64,000 nucleotides of DNA from Oscillospiraceae bacterium (lineage in GTDB: Bacteria; Bacillota; Clostridia; Oscillospirales; Acutalibacteraceae), in the NCBI GenBank assembly GCA_009779995.1, contig WRDW01000003.1, positions 2,392-66,391 on the forward strand, given 5' to 3'. Positions 7,756 through 20,119 of this stretch are shown here, one piece after another (position 1 is the first letter of the stretch; each line of letters starts with the position of its first letter). The notes under the pieces were generated by a model. The model was not told where the DNA came from. It saw only the letters and a program-made list of their open reading frames with translations, and did not search any database. A program made the translations under genes and the position numbers.

Positions 7756-9525
7756 TTATACTAATTTCAGCCCCAGTTCCTTCAGCTGCGCCGCATCCAC
7801 TGGCGAGGGGCACTGCGTCATGGGCTCCGAGGCGTTCTGCACCTTGGGGAAGGCCGTCACGTCGCGCAAATTCTCGCAGCCGAGCAGCTGCATCACGAGC
7901 CTGTCGAGCCCCAGGCCCATGCCCCCGTGGGGCGGCGGGCCATAGCGGAAGGCGTCCACCAAAAAGCCGAATTTTGTCTTGATTTCTTCTTCAGTCAGTC
8001 CCAGCAAAGCAAAAATGCGCTGCTGCAATTCCGGGTCGGTGATTCTGATTGACCCGCTGGACATCTCGATGCCATTGAGGGTCAAATCGGCGGCTTTGGC
8101 GATGACGTTCGCCTTATCGCTTTCGAGAATCGCCATGCTCCCGTCCGTGGGGGAGGTGAAGGGGTGGTGCATCGCCACGAACTGCTGCGCGTCCTCGTCC
8201 CAGTCGAAGAAGGGGAACTGCGTCACCCACAGGAATTTTAAATTCCCCTTGGGGATAAGATCGAGCTTTCTCGCCAGCGCCTGCCGCAGCGCCCCGAGCA
8301 CCGAAAGCGTCAGCGAGTTCTTCGCGTCGGCCACCAGGAAGACGACGTCGCCGGGCTGTGCCTGCGCGCGGGCGATGATGCTTTGCATGGTCTCTTCAGA
8401 GATAAACTTGCCGAACGAAGAAGCAATTGTCCCATCAAGAGCCAGCCGCGCCCAGGCCAGGCCCTTCGCGCCTATGCCCTTCACAAGCTCTGTCAGCTTG
8501 TCGATTTCCTTCCGGCTGAGCGTGTCATAGGCGTTCTTCGCTGTGAGGCCCCGCACGCTGCCGGTTTGCAAAGCGCTCTCAAATACAGTGAACCCACAAC
8601 CAGCAAGCAAATCGCTTGCGTTGAAAAGCTCCATGGCGTAGCGTATGTCGGGCTTGTCGCTGCCGAAGCGCTCCATCACGTCGCGGTAGGTCATGCGGGG
8701 GATGGGGAACTCCACGCCGAGCCCCAGCTCCCTGTCCAGCCTCTTGATGAAGCCCTCGACCATAGTCAAGATATCTTCGAGCTCGACGAAGGACATCTCC
8801 AGGTCGATCTGCGTGAACTCGGGCTGCCGGTCTGCGCGCAGGTCTTCATCGCGCATACAGCGGGCCAGCTGAAAATATCTATCGAATCCGGCGACCATGC
8901 ACAATTGCTTATACATCTGCGGGGACTGCGGCAGGGCGTAGAACGAGCCCGGGTGCACCCGGCTGGGCACGAGATAGTCCCGCGCGCCCTCAGGGGTGGA
9001 GCGTATCATCATGGGGGTCTCGATCTCGATAAAGCCGTTCTCGTCGAAGTAGTCCCGGGTGATCTTGGCAATCTTATGTCTCATCAAAATATTGCGTTGC
9101 AAATCGGGCCGCCGCAGGTCCAGGTAGCGATATTTCAGCCTGGTCAACTCTGAAGTCGGGCAATTTTCGATGATCTCGAAGGGCGGGGTCTCGCTCTTGC
9201 CCAAGAGCAATAACTCAGTTACAGCCAGTTCCACCTCGCCGGTAGGCAGCTCAAGATTTTTCGCGCTGCGCTCGCGCAGCACGCCCACGGCCATGACGAC
9301 GTACTCGCTGCGCAGGCCGCGTGCCTTCTCCAGCACATCGGCGGGGCACGCCTCGTCAAAGGCCAATTGCAACAGGCCCGTTCTATCTCGCAGATCCACG
9401 AAGATCAGCGCGCCCAGGTCGCGCCGACGCTGTACCCAGCCCGCCGCGATGACCTGCTGCCCAATGTGTTCAGGTCTGGGTTCGCCACAATAGTGCGTGC
9501 GTTTCCTGCCGCCGATGTTGTCCAT
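7756..9525 (-). CDS. aspS: Aspartate--tRNA ligase
   Basis: 589 aa. GWVQRRRDLGALIFVDLRD, FYALPQSPQ, FQLARCMRDEDLRADRQPEFTQ, GGMGLGLDR. Confidence 0.95.
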   Translation of the reverse strand: MDNIGGRKRTHYCGEPRPEHIGQQVIAAGWVQRRRDLGALIFVDLRDRTGLLQLAFDEACPADVLEKARGLRSEYVVMAVGVLRERSAKNLELPTGEVELAVTELLLLGKSETPPFEIIENCPTSELTRLKYRYLDLRRPDLQRNILMRHKIAKITRDYFDENGFIEIETPMMIRSTPEGARDYLVPSRVHPGSFYALPQSPQMYKQLCMVAGFDRYFQLARCMRDEDLRADRQPEFTQIDLEMSFVELEDILTMVEGFIKRLDRELGLGVEFPIPRMTYRDVMERFGSDKPDIRYAMELFNASDLLAGCGFTVFESALQTGSVRGLTAKNAYDTLSRKEIDKLTELVKGIGAKGLAWARLALDGTIASSFGKFISEETMQSIIARAQAQPGDVVFLVADAKNSLTLSVLGALRQALARKLDLIPKGNLKFLWVTQFPFFDWDEDAQQFVAMHHPFTSPTDGSMAILESDKANVIAKAADLTLNGIEMSSGSIRITDPELQQRIFALLGLTEEEIKTKFGFLVDAFRYGPPPHGGMGLGLDRLVMQLLGCENLRDVTAFPKVQNASEPMTQCPSPVDAAQLKELGLKLV

Positions 9526-9562
9526 GGAGTTCTCCTTTAATGCAAATTTCTCTTTAGAAGAA

Positions 9563-9623
9563 CCCCCCTACTCGCTCCGCTCACTTCCCCCTGTAGGGGG
9601 GAGTGTGCGCAGCACACAGGGGG
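9563..9623. repeat. GC-rich REP-like palindrome in the hisS-aspS spacer
   Basis: CCCCCCTAC..GTAGGGGGG and GTGTGCGCAGCACAC inverted repeats. Confidence 0.6.
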
Positions 9624-9630
9624 TTTTAGA

Positions 9631-10938
9631 TCACGCAAATTCCGCCAGCATCTCTTCTTCCGCCAGCCTGAACCAAATCTGCGCGAACGTATCCGCGAAA
9701 TCCTCCAGGGCGATGGCTTCCTCAGTGCCGGTGCGCATATCCTTCAGCTTGGCGCAGCGGGTCTGGAGCTCCTCTTCGCCGAGAACAAGCGTAAACCGCG
9801 CGCCGAGCTTGTCGGCGTACTTCATCTGGGATTTTAAACTGCGGCCCACGATGTCGAACTGCGCGGAAAGGCCTTCAGAACGCAGCTCGTTCGCCAGCTT
9901 CGCCGCCTGCACCAAGGCCTCCTCGCCCCGGTTGGCGATGTAGACCGCGCAGGGCTCGGGTTCCGGGATGTACGCCCCGAGCTCCCGCAGGTGCAGCAGC
10001 ACGCGCTCGATCCCCAGGCCGAAGCCCAGCGAGGGCGTGTGCGCCCCGCCCAGCTCCTCGATCAGGCCGTCGTAGCGCCCGCCGCCGCCGAGAGCCAGGC
10101 CCTCCAGCTTCGGCAGCTCGGAGACAAACTCGAACACAGTCCGCGTGTAATAATCCAGACCCCGCACCACCCTGGGATTGATCACATAGGGGATGTCCAT
10201 GGCCTGCAGCAGCGCCTGTACGCCATCGAAGTGCGCCTTGCAGTCCTCGCACAAAAAGTCAGTGACAACAGGCGATTTTTCGGCGATGGCCGCGCACACG
10301 GGGCTCTTGCAGTCCAGGATGCGCATGGGATTTTTCTCCAGGCGGCCGAGGCAGGTTCCGCACAGCTCGCCGCTATGCCCGGCGAAGTAGGCCCGCAATT
10401 GCTCCAGATAGACCTTTCGGCATTCCGGGCAGCCGATGGAGTTGAGCTCAATCCTGTAATTCGTCATCGACAGCGACGAAAAGTATTCCGCCGCCAGGGC
10501 AATCACCTCGGCATCGGCGGCAGGTGGGGCCGCGCCGAAGCACTCCACGCCAAACGTCGTGTATTCCCTGTAGCGCCCGGTCTGGGGCTTGTCGTAGCGG
10601 TAGCAGGTGAAAGCGTAGCTGACCTTCCGGGGCAGGGCGTCCCCCAGCAGGCCGTGCTCCATGCAGGCCCGCGCGACGCCCGCCGTGCCCTCGGGCCGCA
10701 GGGTGATCGAGCGCCCGCCCTTATCAAAAAACGTGTACATCTCTTTTTGAACCACGTCCGTGGTGTCCCCCACGCCGCGCTCGAAGAGTTCCGTGTGCTC
10801 GAACACGGGCACGCGAATCTCCTTATATCCATAATTCAGCGCGGTCTCCAGCGCCACGCGCTCCACGTACTGGTATTCATAGGATTTATCGGGCAGCACG
10901 TCGTTTGTGCCGCGCGGGGCCTGTGTGATCAATGCCAT
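9631..10938 (-). CDS. hisS: Histidine--tRNA ligase
   Basis: 435 aa. GTNDVLP, LRPEGTAGVAR, YRYDKPQTGRYREY, GGGGRYDGL. Confidence 0.95.
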   Translation of the reverse strand: MALITQAPRGTNDVLPDKSYEYQYVERVALETALNYGYKEIRVPVFEHTELFERGVGDTTDVVQKEMYTFFDKGGRSITLRPEGTAGVARACMEHGLLGDALPRKVSYAFTCYRYDKPQTGRYREYTTFGVECFGAAPPAADAEVIALAAEYFSSLSMTNYRIELNSIGCPECRKVYLEQLRAYFAGHSGELCGTCLGRLEKNPMRILDCKSPVCAAIAEKSPVVTDFLCEDCKAHFDGVQALLQAMDIPYVINPRVVRGLDYYTRTVFEFVSELPKLEGLALGGGGRYDGLIEELGGAHTPSLGFGLGIERVLLHLRELGAYIPEPEPCAVYIANRGEEALVQAAKLANELRSEGLSAQFDIVGRSLKSQMKYADKLGARFTLVLGEEELQTRCAKLKDMRTGTEEAIALEDFADTFAQIWFRLAEEEMLAEFA

Positions 10939-10957
10939 GGGGATATCCTTTCGTCGT

Positions 10958-11203
10958 TCAAATGGGGACGCTCAGCTCATACAGCTCATGGGGTGCGAGG
11001 TCCTGCCCGTGGGGCCATTCGATGTGATGGCCGTCCGGCAGAAGCCGCACAGCATAGAAATAGGACGAATCACGCAATTCGCCGAACCAAGAGCCCTTGA
11101 TATACCAGTTGACATCAAAGAGTTTGCGCTCGCCGGTGACGTAATGCAATTCCAGATGGTAGTTATCTCTGGGGATTACACGCAGCATTTTTGGTTGTAG
11201 CAT
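10958..11203 (-). CDS. DUF2442-like protein
   Basis: 81 aa, ..NYHLELHYVTGERKLFD..IEWPHGQDLAPHELY. Paired with the DUF4160-like gene. Lower GC than its neighbours. Confidence 0.75.
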   Translation of the reverse strand: MLQPKMLRVIPRDNYHLELHYVTGERKLFDVNWYIKGSWFGELRDSSYFYAVRLLPDGHHIEWPHGQDLAPHELYELSVPI

Positions 11204-11211
11204 ACTATCAC

Positions 11212-11478
11212 CTACTTCAGTGGATCAATGCGGAAAATCTGCTTGCCGTCGCCAAGCAGCTTCCAGTTCGCGTACAAGTCATCGCGATGGATTTCCACCC
11301 ATGCTTTCGCTAGGCGCAATTTGTTTCTGGGAATCTTTCCTTCCAACAAATCGCCGTCCAGCGAAACGACCGCCTCATCACCGGCATACTCCACATGAAT
11401 ATGCGGCGTATGATGGCGCTCGTTGGCCTCTGCGTGCATATACACAATAATCCCGTAAAACAGAGACAATACCGGCAT
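11212..11478 (-). CDS. DUF4160-like protein
   Basis: 88 aa, MPVLSLFYGIIVYMH..ERHHTPHIHVEY is the characteristic DUF4160 N-terminus. Confidence 0.75.
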   Translation of the reverse strand: MPVLSLFYGIIVYMHAEANERHHTPHIHVEYAGDEAVVSLDGDLLEGKIPRNKLRLAKAWVEIHRDDLYANWKLLGDGKQIFRIDPLK

Positions 11479-11493
11479 TGCAATTCTCCTCTC

Positions 11494-11907
11494 CTACCAC
11501 TCAATCGGCTTTCTGCTCGCCTTCTGTATCTCCCGCCATTCCAGGTCGCCGCGCTCCATGGCGTGGATGAGGGCCTCCGCCGTGGCGATGTTCGTGGCCA
11601 CGGGGATGTTGTGCACGTCGCACAGGCGCAGCAGGTTGTTCTCCTCCGTGCCGTCGGCCACGTTGATGCCGTCCCGGAAGAGCATCAGCAGGTCGATCTC
11701 GTCGCAGGAGACCATGCTCTCCACCTGCTCCACGCCGCCCTGCCCGGAATACAGCAGCTGCACGGACAGGCCGGTGCTCTCCTCGATCATGCGCCCGGTG
11801 GAGCCGGTGGCGTACAACGTGTGCTTGCCGAACACCCCGCAATAGGCGATGCAGAACTGCACCATGAGCTCTTTCTTCGTGTCGTTGGCGATTAAGGCGA
11901 TGTTCAT
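11494..11907 (-). CDS. mgsA: Methylglyoxal synthase-like protein
   Basis: [38 protein letters not shown].. follows the MGS fold pattern. ATGA overlap with the gyrA stop. Confidence 0.8.
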   Translation of the reverse strand: MNIALIANDTKKELMVQFCIAYCGVFGKHTLYATGSTGRMIEESTGLSVQLLYSGQGGVEQVESMVSCDEIDLLMLFRDGINVADGTEENNLLRLCDVHNIPVATNIATAEALIHAMERGDLEWREIQKASRKPIEW

Positions 11908-14393
11908 GCTGGCACCTCTTCTTCAGGAATTATTTCTTCCTCGGTCGCCGGGATATTCACCATGGTCACCACGCGCTCGGCTTCGCCGGTGCGCATCACG
12001 CGCACGCCCTTGGCCGGGCGGTTGTTCACGCTCACCCCCGCGGCGGCGGTGCGGATGAGCACGCCGTCGGAGGAGATGAAAATCAGGTCTTCGCTGTCGT
12101 CCACAACAGCCAATGCGCAGACTTTCCCGAACCTGCCGCAGTGGTAGTTGATCGTGCCCCTGCCGCCCCGGGACTGCAACCTGTAGTTCTCGGGCAGGCT
12201 GCGTCGCCCGAAGCCCGTCTCCGTCACGGTGAGCACGGTTTTGCCCGGCTGGATCACGTCCATGCCGACGACCTCGTCGCCCTCACGGCCCAGCGTGATG
12301 GCCTTCACCCCGCGGGCCGCGCGGCCCATGGCCCGCGCGTCGGTCTCCCGGAAGCGTATGGCCATGCCCTCGCGCGTGGCGAGGATCAGGTCGGCCGCGC
12401 CGTCGGTCAGGCGCACCCAGGCAAGCTCGTCGTCCTCGTCCAGGTGCAGGGCGGTCACGCCGTTCCTGCGCACATAGCGGAAATCGCTGAGCGCCGCGCG
12501 CTTGATGATGCCCTTGCGCGTCACCATGCAGAGATAATGCTCGCCCTTTTCGGCCTCCGCCTCGGCCTTGGAGACCTGGATCAGGGCCGACACGCTCTCC
12601 CCGCCGTCCACAGGCAAAATGTTCACAATGTTCATGCCCCTGGCATTGCGCGAGCCCTCGGGAATTTCGTAGCCCTTGAGCCTGTAAACCCGCCCTTTTG
12701 TCGTAAAGGCCATCACGTAGTCGTGCGTGGAGCAGGTGAACATCGTCTGTACGACGTCTTCCTCCCGCCGCGTCATGCCCTTGATGCCCTTGCCGCCGCG
12801 CCGCTGGCTCTGGTAGGTGTCGATGGGCATACGCTTCACGTAACCCATGTTCGTCATGGTGTAGACGCAGTCCTCCACGGGGATCAAATCTTCCACGTCC
12901 ACCTCGCCGGAGATGTTCATGATCTCCGTGCGGCGCGGGTCGTTGAACCTGTCTTTGATTTTCTCCAGCTCGTCCCTGAGCAGCGCCAGGAGCCTCTCGG
13001 GGGAGGCCAAAAGCTCTTCCCAATCCTGAATCTGCGCCGCCAGCTGCGCCTTCTCCTCCTCCAGCTTGCCGCGCTCCAGCCCGGTGAGCTGCCCCAGCCG
13101 CATCTGCACGATGGCCGTGGCCTGCGTGTCGTCGAAGCCGAAGCGCTCCATGAGCCGCTCTTTCGCCTCGGGCACGCTGCCGGAGGAGCGTATGATGGCG
13201 ATCACCTCGTCGATGTTGTCCTGCGCCACCAGCAGGGCTTCTAAAATATGCGCGCGCTCGCGGGCTTTGCGGAGATCGTACTCGGTGCGCCTGGTAAGCA
13301 CTTGCACCTGAAAGTCTATGTAATGGCGCAAAATTTGCTTGAGCGTTAGCACCTTCGGCTCGCCGTCCACCAGGGCGATCATAATCACCCCGAAGGTGAT
13401 CTGCATTTGCGTGAAGGTATACAGCTGGTTGAGCACCACCTGGGGGTTGGCGTCGCGTTTGAGGTAAATCACCAAATCCATCCCGCTGCGCGCCGATGAA
13501 AAATCATCTGTTCCCGAGACGCCCTCGAGCTTTCTCTCCTTGGCGATGTCGTTGATGTACTTTTGCAGCTCGGATTTATTTACTTTATAGGGCAGCTCGC
13601 TGACATGAATGGTGAATTTGCCGTTTTTCTCGCGTATCTCGGCCTTTGCGCGCAAAATCACCTTGCCGCGCCCGGTGCCGTAGGCCGCGCGTATCCCGCT
13701 GCGCCCCATGATGATGCCCGCCGTGGGGAAATCCGGCCCCTGGATGTGCTCCATCAGCTCGTCCAGGCCGCGGTCGGGGTCGTCTATCATGCAGCCGATG
13801 GCGCCTATGACCTCCCCAAGGTTGTGGGGCGGGATGTTCGAGGCCATGCCCACCGCGATGCCGGTGGAGCCATTCACCAGCAGGTTCGGGAAGCGCGAGG
13901 GCAGCACCGTGGGCTCCTTCAGGCGGTCGTCGTAGTTGGGCATGAAATCCACGGTGTCTTTGTCGATGTTCGTGAGCATCTCCAGGGAGATGCGGCTCAT
14001 GCGGCTCTCGGTGTAGCGCTGGGCGGCGGGGGGGTCGCCGTCCATGGTGCCGAAGTTGCCGTGGCCGTCCACGAGCATGTAGCGCATGGAGAAATCCTGC
14101 GCCATGCGCACCAGGGCGTCATAGATCGATTGGTCGCCGTGGGGGTGGTAGCTGCCCATCACGGTGCCCACGGTGTCGGCGCATTTGCGGTAGGCCTTGT
14201 CGGGGGTCAGGCCGTTGCGGTGCATGGTGTAGAGGATGCGCCGGTGCACGGGCTTGAGCCCGTCGCGCACGTCCGGCAGCGCCCGCGCGGTGATGACGGA
14301 CATGGAGTAATCGAGGTAGCTCCTGCGCATCTCCCGCGCAACGTCCACGCCGATAATTTTCTGTTCCTCCAGGGAGGTTTCGTCAAAGCCCAA
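11904..14393 (-). CDS. gyrA: DNA gyrase subunit A
   Basis: 829 aa. [29 protein letters not shown]-like catalytic region, C-terminal beta-pinwheel repeats. Confidence 0.97.
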   Translation of the reverse strand: MGFDETSLEEQKIIGVDVAREMRRSYLDYSMSVITARALPDVRDGLKPVHRRILYTMHRNGLTPDKAYRKCADTVGTVMGSYHPHGDQSIYDALVRMAQDFSMRYMLVDGHGNFGTMDGDPPAAQRYTESRMSRISLEMLTNIDKDTVDFMPNYDDRLKEPTVLPSRFPNLLVNGSTGIAVGMASNIPPHNLGEVIGAIGCMIDDPDRGLDELMEHIQGPDFPTAGIIMGRSGIRAAYGTGRGKVILRAKAEIREKNGKFTIHVSELPYKVNKSELQKYINDIAKERKLEGVSGTDDFSSARSGMDLVIYLKRDANPQVVLNQLYTFTQMQITFGVIMIALVDGEPKVLTLKQILRHYIDFQVQVLTRRTEYDLRKARERAHILEALLVAQDNIDEVIAIIRSSGSVPEAKERLMERFGFDDTQATAIVQMRLGQLTGLERGKLEEEKAQLAAQIQDWEELLASPERLLALLRDELEKIKDRFNDPRRTEIMNISGEVDVEDLIPVEDCVYTMTNMGYVKRMPIDTYQSQRRGGKGIKGMTRREEDVVQTMFTCSTHDYVMAFTTKGRVYRLKGYEIPEGSRNARGMNIVNILPVDGGESVSALIQVSKAEAEAEKGEHYLCMVTRKGIIKRAALSDFRYVRRNGVTALHLDEDDELAWVRLTDGAADLILATREGMAIRFRETDARAMGRAARGVKAITLGREGDEVVGMDVIQPGKTVLTVTETGFGRRSLPENYRLQSRGGRGTINYHCGRFGKVCALAVVDDSEDLIFISSDGVLIRTAAAGVSVNNRPAKGVRVMRTGEAERVVTMVNIPATEEEIIPEEEVPA

Positions 14394-14425
14394 GGTGTTA
14401 CCTCTTTTTTATTCGTTGGGGTTAT

Positions 14426-14746
14426 TTATGCTCTGAATGCAATACTGACAAGCAAAAAGAGCGGCATTGCGAGCCAAGAGATTATTTCCATTACTCCCCG
14501 AAAGAGCGGTTCATATAGCATGAGCGGAAACAGGAGAAAGCCTGTGAAAAACAAAAATCCCGAATAAAGAAACTCGCCTGGGTCGCTTGAATTCGGATTG
14601 GGCCATGGATGCATTCCACTGGGGTCAGGAGGCCATATTTGCAGCGCAAGCTCTTCCAGAGCGTCGAAGCAAAATGCGTTTGCGCCGAGCGCAAATACCC
14701 CCATCAGCATCAACAAAGCCAGAACCACACAGATTGTTTTCTTCAT
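14426..14746 (-). CDS. Small secreted or membrane hypothetical protein
   Basis: Signal peptide MKKTICVVLALLMLMGVFALGANA plus two hydrophobic segments. Low GC relative to gyrA and gyrB. Confidence 0.5.
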   Translation of the reverse strand: MKKTICVVLALLMLMGVFALGANAFCFDALEELALQIWPPDPSGMHPWPNPNSSDPGEFLYSGFLFFTGFLLFPLMLYEPLFRGVMEIISWLAMPLFLLVSIAFRA

Positions 14747-14763
14747 GACCTCACCTTTCCTCT

Positions 14764-15360
14764 CTAGTCTTCGTTGGGGAAGATGTCGCTTAAGGTTATT
14801 TCCAGGCCGGGGAAGCGTTCGCTGACAAGAATCTCGGTTTCATCGAAAAACTGTACGATATAGCTGTTGTGATCCAGCACATGGCGTTTCACCGTGCGCG
14901 TACCAGGGTTAAATATCCAGTATTCCTGCACGCCCGCCTGAAAATAGCAATGCATTTTCTCATCTAAGTCACGGCTGGCAGTGGAAGGAGAGAGTATCTC
15001 AATAATCAATGTAGGCGCACCAGCACAGCCGCTGCTGCTGATTTGCTCCGAATCGCATACGATGCTTAAATCCGGGCGGAACACACGGTCTTTTTGCACC
15101 AGAGTCAAGTCGCCTCTTTTGATTTCTTTTGGGAACAAACGCACGTCAATATCGGGATACAGCTTGCAGGGCTTCCCCTTTAAATACGCATGAATCACCA
15201 CGATTAGCTCTGTGCATATCGTTTGGTGCTCGGGCGTGGCTGCCGCCATTGCATAGGCATACCCGTCAATCAATTCGTAGCGTTCGTCGTCGTCCCATGA
15301 GAGATAGTCCTCATAGGTATAATTGCCGTTTTCAGGCTTTTCGGCCAAATTTCCGCCCAT
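14764..15360 (-). CDS. Uma2 (DUF820) family PD-(D/E)xK endonuclease-like protein, paralog 1
   Basis: ..YELIDGYAY.M...EHQ...RPDLSIVC..GAPTLIIEILSPST.. is the Uma2 signature. About 48% GC. Confidence 0.8.
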   Translation of the reverse strand: MGGNLAEKPENGNYTYEDYLSWDDDERYELIDGYAYAMAAATPEHQTICTELIVVIHAYLKGKPCKLYPDIDVRLFPKEIKRGDLTLVQKDRVFRPDLSIVCDSEQISSSGCAGAPTLIIEILSPSTASRDLDEKMHCYFQAGVQEYWIFNPGTRTVKRHVLDHNSYIVQFFDETEILVSERFPGLEITLSDIFPNED

Positions 15361-15376
15361 ATAAATGCCTCCTTAG

Positions 15377-17347
<1,971 letters not shown>

Positions 17348-17938
17348 TTACTCCTTCGTGTTATTCGTCGTCGTGCCGGAAAATATATCGCGCAGGGGGA
17401 TTTCCAGGCCGGGGAAGGTGGGGCTGGAGAGGGTTTCGCCTATCTCCCATGTCCTGCGTTTTTCATGCGTCTGCAGCAGGTAGACATGCACCACATGGCT
17501 GAAGGGGTCCACGATCCAGTATTCCTTCACGCCTGCCTCGCGGTAGAGGTCCATTTTCGTGGTAAAATCAAGACTGGCGGTGGAGGGGGAAAGAATCTCC
17601 ACAACCAGGGTGGGCGCGCCCTTGCAGCATTTCTCGTCGATGATGTCAGGGTTGCAGATCACGCTGATGTCCGGTTGCACCGAAATGTAGTCATCGTCCT
17701 TCTCCTGAGGAAAAAGACGGACATCATAGGGCGCGGGGATCAGCTTGCAGGGCTTGTCTCGGAAAAAGGGATACATTAGGTAAGTCAGCGCGAGACTGAT
17801 CTCTTGGTGCTCTGTGCCCGGCGCGGCCATGAGATAGGCCCGCCCATAGATCAGCTCCCAGCGCTGCCCGTCGTCCCACGTGAGGTAATCCGCATAGGTA
17901 TATAGATTGGTTCTGTCCTCGGCCAGATTGCTTTGCAT
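17348..17938 (-). CDS. Uma2 family endonuclease-like protein, paralog 2
   Basis: MQSNLAEDR..YTYADYLTWDD..QPDISVIC..GAPTLVVEILSPST..PGLEIPLRDIFS. Ends 6 nt before the gyrB start. Confidence 0.8.
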   Translation of the reverse strand: MQSNLAEDRTNLYTYADYLTWDDGQRWELIYGRAYLMAAPGTEHQEISLALTYLMYPFFRDKPCKLIPAPYDVRLFPQEKDDDYISVQPDISVICNPDIIDEKCCKGAPTLVVEILSPSTASLDFTTKMDLYREAGVKEYWIVDPFSHVVHVYLLQTHEKRRTWEIGETLSSPTFPGLEIPLRDIFSGTTTNNTKE

Positions 17939-17940
17939 GG

Positions 17941-18537
17941 CTATTCCTCCGTAATAATCGCAGACGTGTCGGAAAATATATCGCGCAGGGGGATTTCCAG
18001 GCCGGGGAGCACGGTGCAGGGGAGGACGTCAGTTGCTCCATAGGCCATCACGAAATAGCGTTTTTCCTCCAGCAGAAACACCTGCACGAGCTTTTCTACC
18101 GGGTCAACAACCCAGTACTCCCGCACGCCTGCCTGAAAATATTTTTGGAATTTTATCAATCGCTCATAGCGCTGATTGGAAGGGGACAGGATTTCAACGA
18201 CCAAGTCGGGTGCGCCGTTTACCCTGCTGCCGTCCAGCTTGGATGGGTCGCACACCACAAGCAAATCGGGCTGCACAAGCGCCTTCTCGTGTTTCTTTGT
18301 GCTGCCTGGGAAAAGCCGCACATCAAAGGGTGCGTGGAAGACCTTGCAGGGCTTGCCGCGCAAAAATGCCCGGAACTGCGCCGTCAGCTCCACGCTGATG
18401 TCCTGGTGCACCTCGCTGGGCGACGCCATCATATACGCGCGCCCGTCGATGATCTCCCATCGCTGGTCGCCTTCCCATGAGAGATAGTCCTCATAGGTAT
18501 AAAGCTCTTCGCGCTTCTCCGCCAGATTGCTCTGCAT
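17941..18537 (-). CDS. Uma2 family endonuclease-like protein, paralog 3
   Basis: MQSNLAEKR..YTYEDYLSWEG..QPDLLVVC..GAPDLVVEILSPSN..PGLEIPLRDIFS. Lies 2 nt from paralog 2. Confidence 0.8.
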   Translation of the reverse strand: MQSNLAEKREELYTYEDYLSWEGDQRWEIIDGRAYMMASPSEVHQDISVELTAQFRAFLRGKPCKVFHAPFDVRLFPGSTKKHEKALVQPDLLVVCDPSKLDGSRVNGAPDLVVEILSPSNQRYERLIKFQKYFQAGVREYWVVDPVEKLVQVFLLEEKRYFVMAYGATDVLPCTVLPGLEIPLRDIFSDTSAIITEE

Positions 18538-18550
18538 CGTTCATCCCTCA

Positions 18551-18585
18551 ATTGTGCATTGTACATTGTGCATTGTGCATTGTCA
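18551..18585. repeat. Tandem heptamer tract (ATTGTGC)x5, second copy
   Basis: attgtgc attgtac attgtgc attgtgc attgtca. The last unit supplies the TGA stop of the upstream 18583-19464 gene. Confidence 0.9.
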
Positions 18586-19464
18586 CATCCCAAGCCCGCC
18601 CTGTCCGCCGCCCATCATCTGCGAGAACAGGCCCTGCTTTTTCTGTTTCTTGGGCCTGTAGAGCGGCGGGTTCTCCAGGCGCATACGGGCGCTCTTGCCC
18701 GCGTTGGACGTCAGGTAGCGGTTGACCCGTATCGCCACGGGGGCGAGGTCGGCGCTCATGTAGTCCGCGCAGCGCGCCAGCAGCACCTCGTCGCCCTCCA
18801 GCGCGCCGAGGATGGTGACGCAGATGAGGCTCTGCACGTCGTTCACGCCGTTCTCGTAGACCTCGTTGAGCAGGCCGAACAGGCGTTTCAGCTGCGCCTT
18901 GTCGTCGTTTTTGATCAGGCGCAGCACCAGCTCGTTGCCGCCGCCGCGCAGGAAGAACTCCTCGGCCAGAAACTCGCCGTACTTCTCGTAGTTTTCTTTA
19001 TAGGCCCCGCGCAGCTCGGGGAACATGGAGGTGAAGCTGTTGCCGAAGGACAGCGCGTCGTAGTAAGCGTCGCCGTTGCGTATGGCCGTTTTGGAGATGC
19101 TCTTCGGGGGCTTGACGCCGGGGGCGAGCCCCGCGCCCTTCTTCTTTTTGCGGAATTTCTGCTGCACCACCTCGGCGAAATCGCCCGCGATGTATTTGCA
19201 GTCCGCCTCCGAGGCCGTGTCCAGCTCCAGCAGGGTCACCGCCAGCTGCTTGTAGTCGCCGTCCAGGGCCAGCTCCGGCTCGCGGGGGCAGTGCTGCAGG
19301 GCGGCCCTGTCGTCCTCCACCTTCACGCGCAGGCTCTCGCCCTCGCGGCTATAGAGCGCGGCGTTCTCCTCCTCCCTGGGCTTCACAGGGACAAATTCGC
19401 TCTCCTGCAGCGCGGGTTCCATGCCCTTCAGGATCAGGTCCAGCGCGGTTTTTGCGTTCATCAT
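18583..19464 (-). CDS. Hypothetical protein (first gene of the gyr cluster)
   Basis: Coding-like 308-aa ORF. Start trimmed to MMNAKTALD.. behind GGGGGGAA. No family recognised. Confidence 0.55.
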   Translation of the reverse strand: MMNAKTALDLILKGMEPALQESEFVPVKPREEENAALYSREGESLRVKVEDDRAALQHCPREPELALDGDYKQLAVTLLELDTASEADCKYIAGDFAEVVQQKFRKKKKGAGLAPGVKPPKSISKTAIRNGDAYYDALSFGNSFTSMFPELRGAYKENYEKYGEFLAEEFFLRGGGNELVLRLIKNDDKAQLKRLFGLLNEVYENGVNDVQSLICVTILGALEGDEVLLARCADYMSADLAPVAIRVNRYLTSNAGKSARMRLENPPLYRPKKQKKQGLFSQMMGGGQGGLGM

Positions 19465-19601
19465 GGCTGCTGTCGTTCCCCCCATAGATTTATAGGAATA
19501 GTATACCACATCGCGTGCCGGATGTCCATGCCCAATCGTGTAATAATGCCGAAATTCAAGCCCTGTCCATGCCGCCTGGGGCGCATAGACCTCCTATTTA
19601 T

Positions 19602-19630
19602 ATTATATAATATTTTAATGCGTTTGTCAA
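19602..19630 (-). promoter_or_regulatory. Promoter of the hypothetical-Uma2-gyrB cluster
   Basis: Minus strand: TTGACA, 17 nt, TATAAT. Confidence 0.5.
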
Positions 19631-19676
19631 TGGGAATAGCGTTTTTCCTGCGGGTTTTTCATTGGCCGGAGATCGA

Positions 19677-19718
19677 GTATTCGTGTATTCGTGTTTTCGT
19701 GTTTTGGTTCGTGTTTTG
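19677..19718. repeat. Degenerate tandem 8-mers (GTATTCGT)
   Basis: gtattcgt gtattcgt gttttcgt gttttggttcgt gttttg, ending 11 nt upstream of the -35 of the T-box promoter. Confidence 0.8.
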
Positions 19719-19728
19719 AAAAAAGTTG

Positions 19729-19757
19729 TTGACAAGCGCGCCGATCTATGATATAAT
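19729..19757 (+). promoter_or_regulatory. Promoter of the Trp T-box leader
   Basis: TTGACA, 17 nt, TATAAT. Confidence 0.6.
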
Positions 19758-19763
19758 GCATGG

Positions 19764-20110
19764 CAATCGAATAAAAACAAACCGATGAACAAGAGTAGTA
19801 TCCACGGAGACCACGCAAAGAGAGCCGCAGGCGGTGGGATTGCGGTCGTATAGGGACTGTGCGGGAATGGACTTGCGAGGGCGGGAAGAAAGGCGGCAGC
19901 GCTTCATGTGAAGCGGCGGCGCTCAGTAATGCCCGACGGGATTCGCCCGTGAAAGCGATAGCATGTAGACCACCCCAACGAATCTGCGGATTCGCCGGGG
20001 ACCCCGGAAGCATGTGACGAGAGACCGGCTTATGCCGGTAAATTGGGTGGCACCGCAGGAATACCCTGTCCCAATGGATCGTTTGATTCATTGGGGCAGT
20101 TTTATTTTGG
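19764..20110 (+). promoter_or_regulatory. T-box riboswitch with tryptophan (UGG) specifier
   Basis: Stem I has AGAGAG and GGUGGGA. The specifier loop is GAA-UGG-A (TGG at 19868-19870). T-box core AAUUGGGUGGCACCGC lies at 20041-20056. Terminator CTGTCCCAATG..CATTGGGGCAG plus TTTTATTTT. Confidence 0.85.
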
Positions 20111-20119
20111 TCGTTGTGT

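Noticed and set aside
19510-19790. A replication origin next to the gyrB cluster.
   Set aside because: Only one DnaA-box-like TATCCAC is seen, and it is inside the T-box leader. There is no dnaA, dnaN or recF nearby and no cluster of boxes or AT-rich unwinding repeats.
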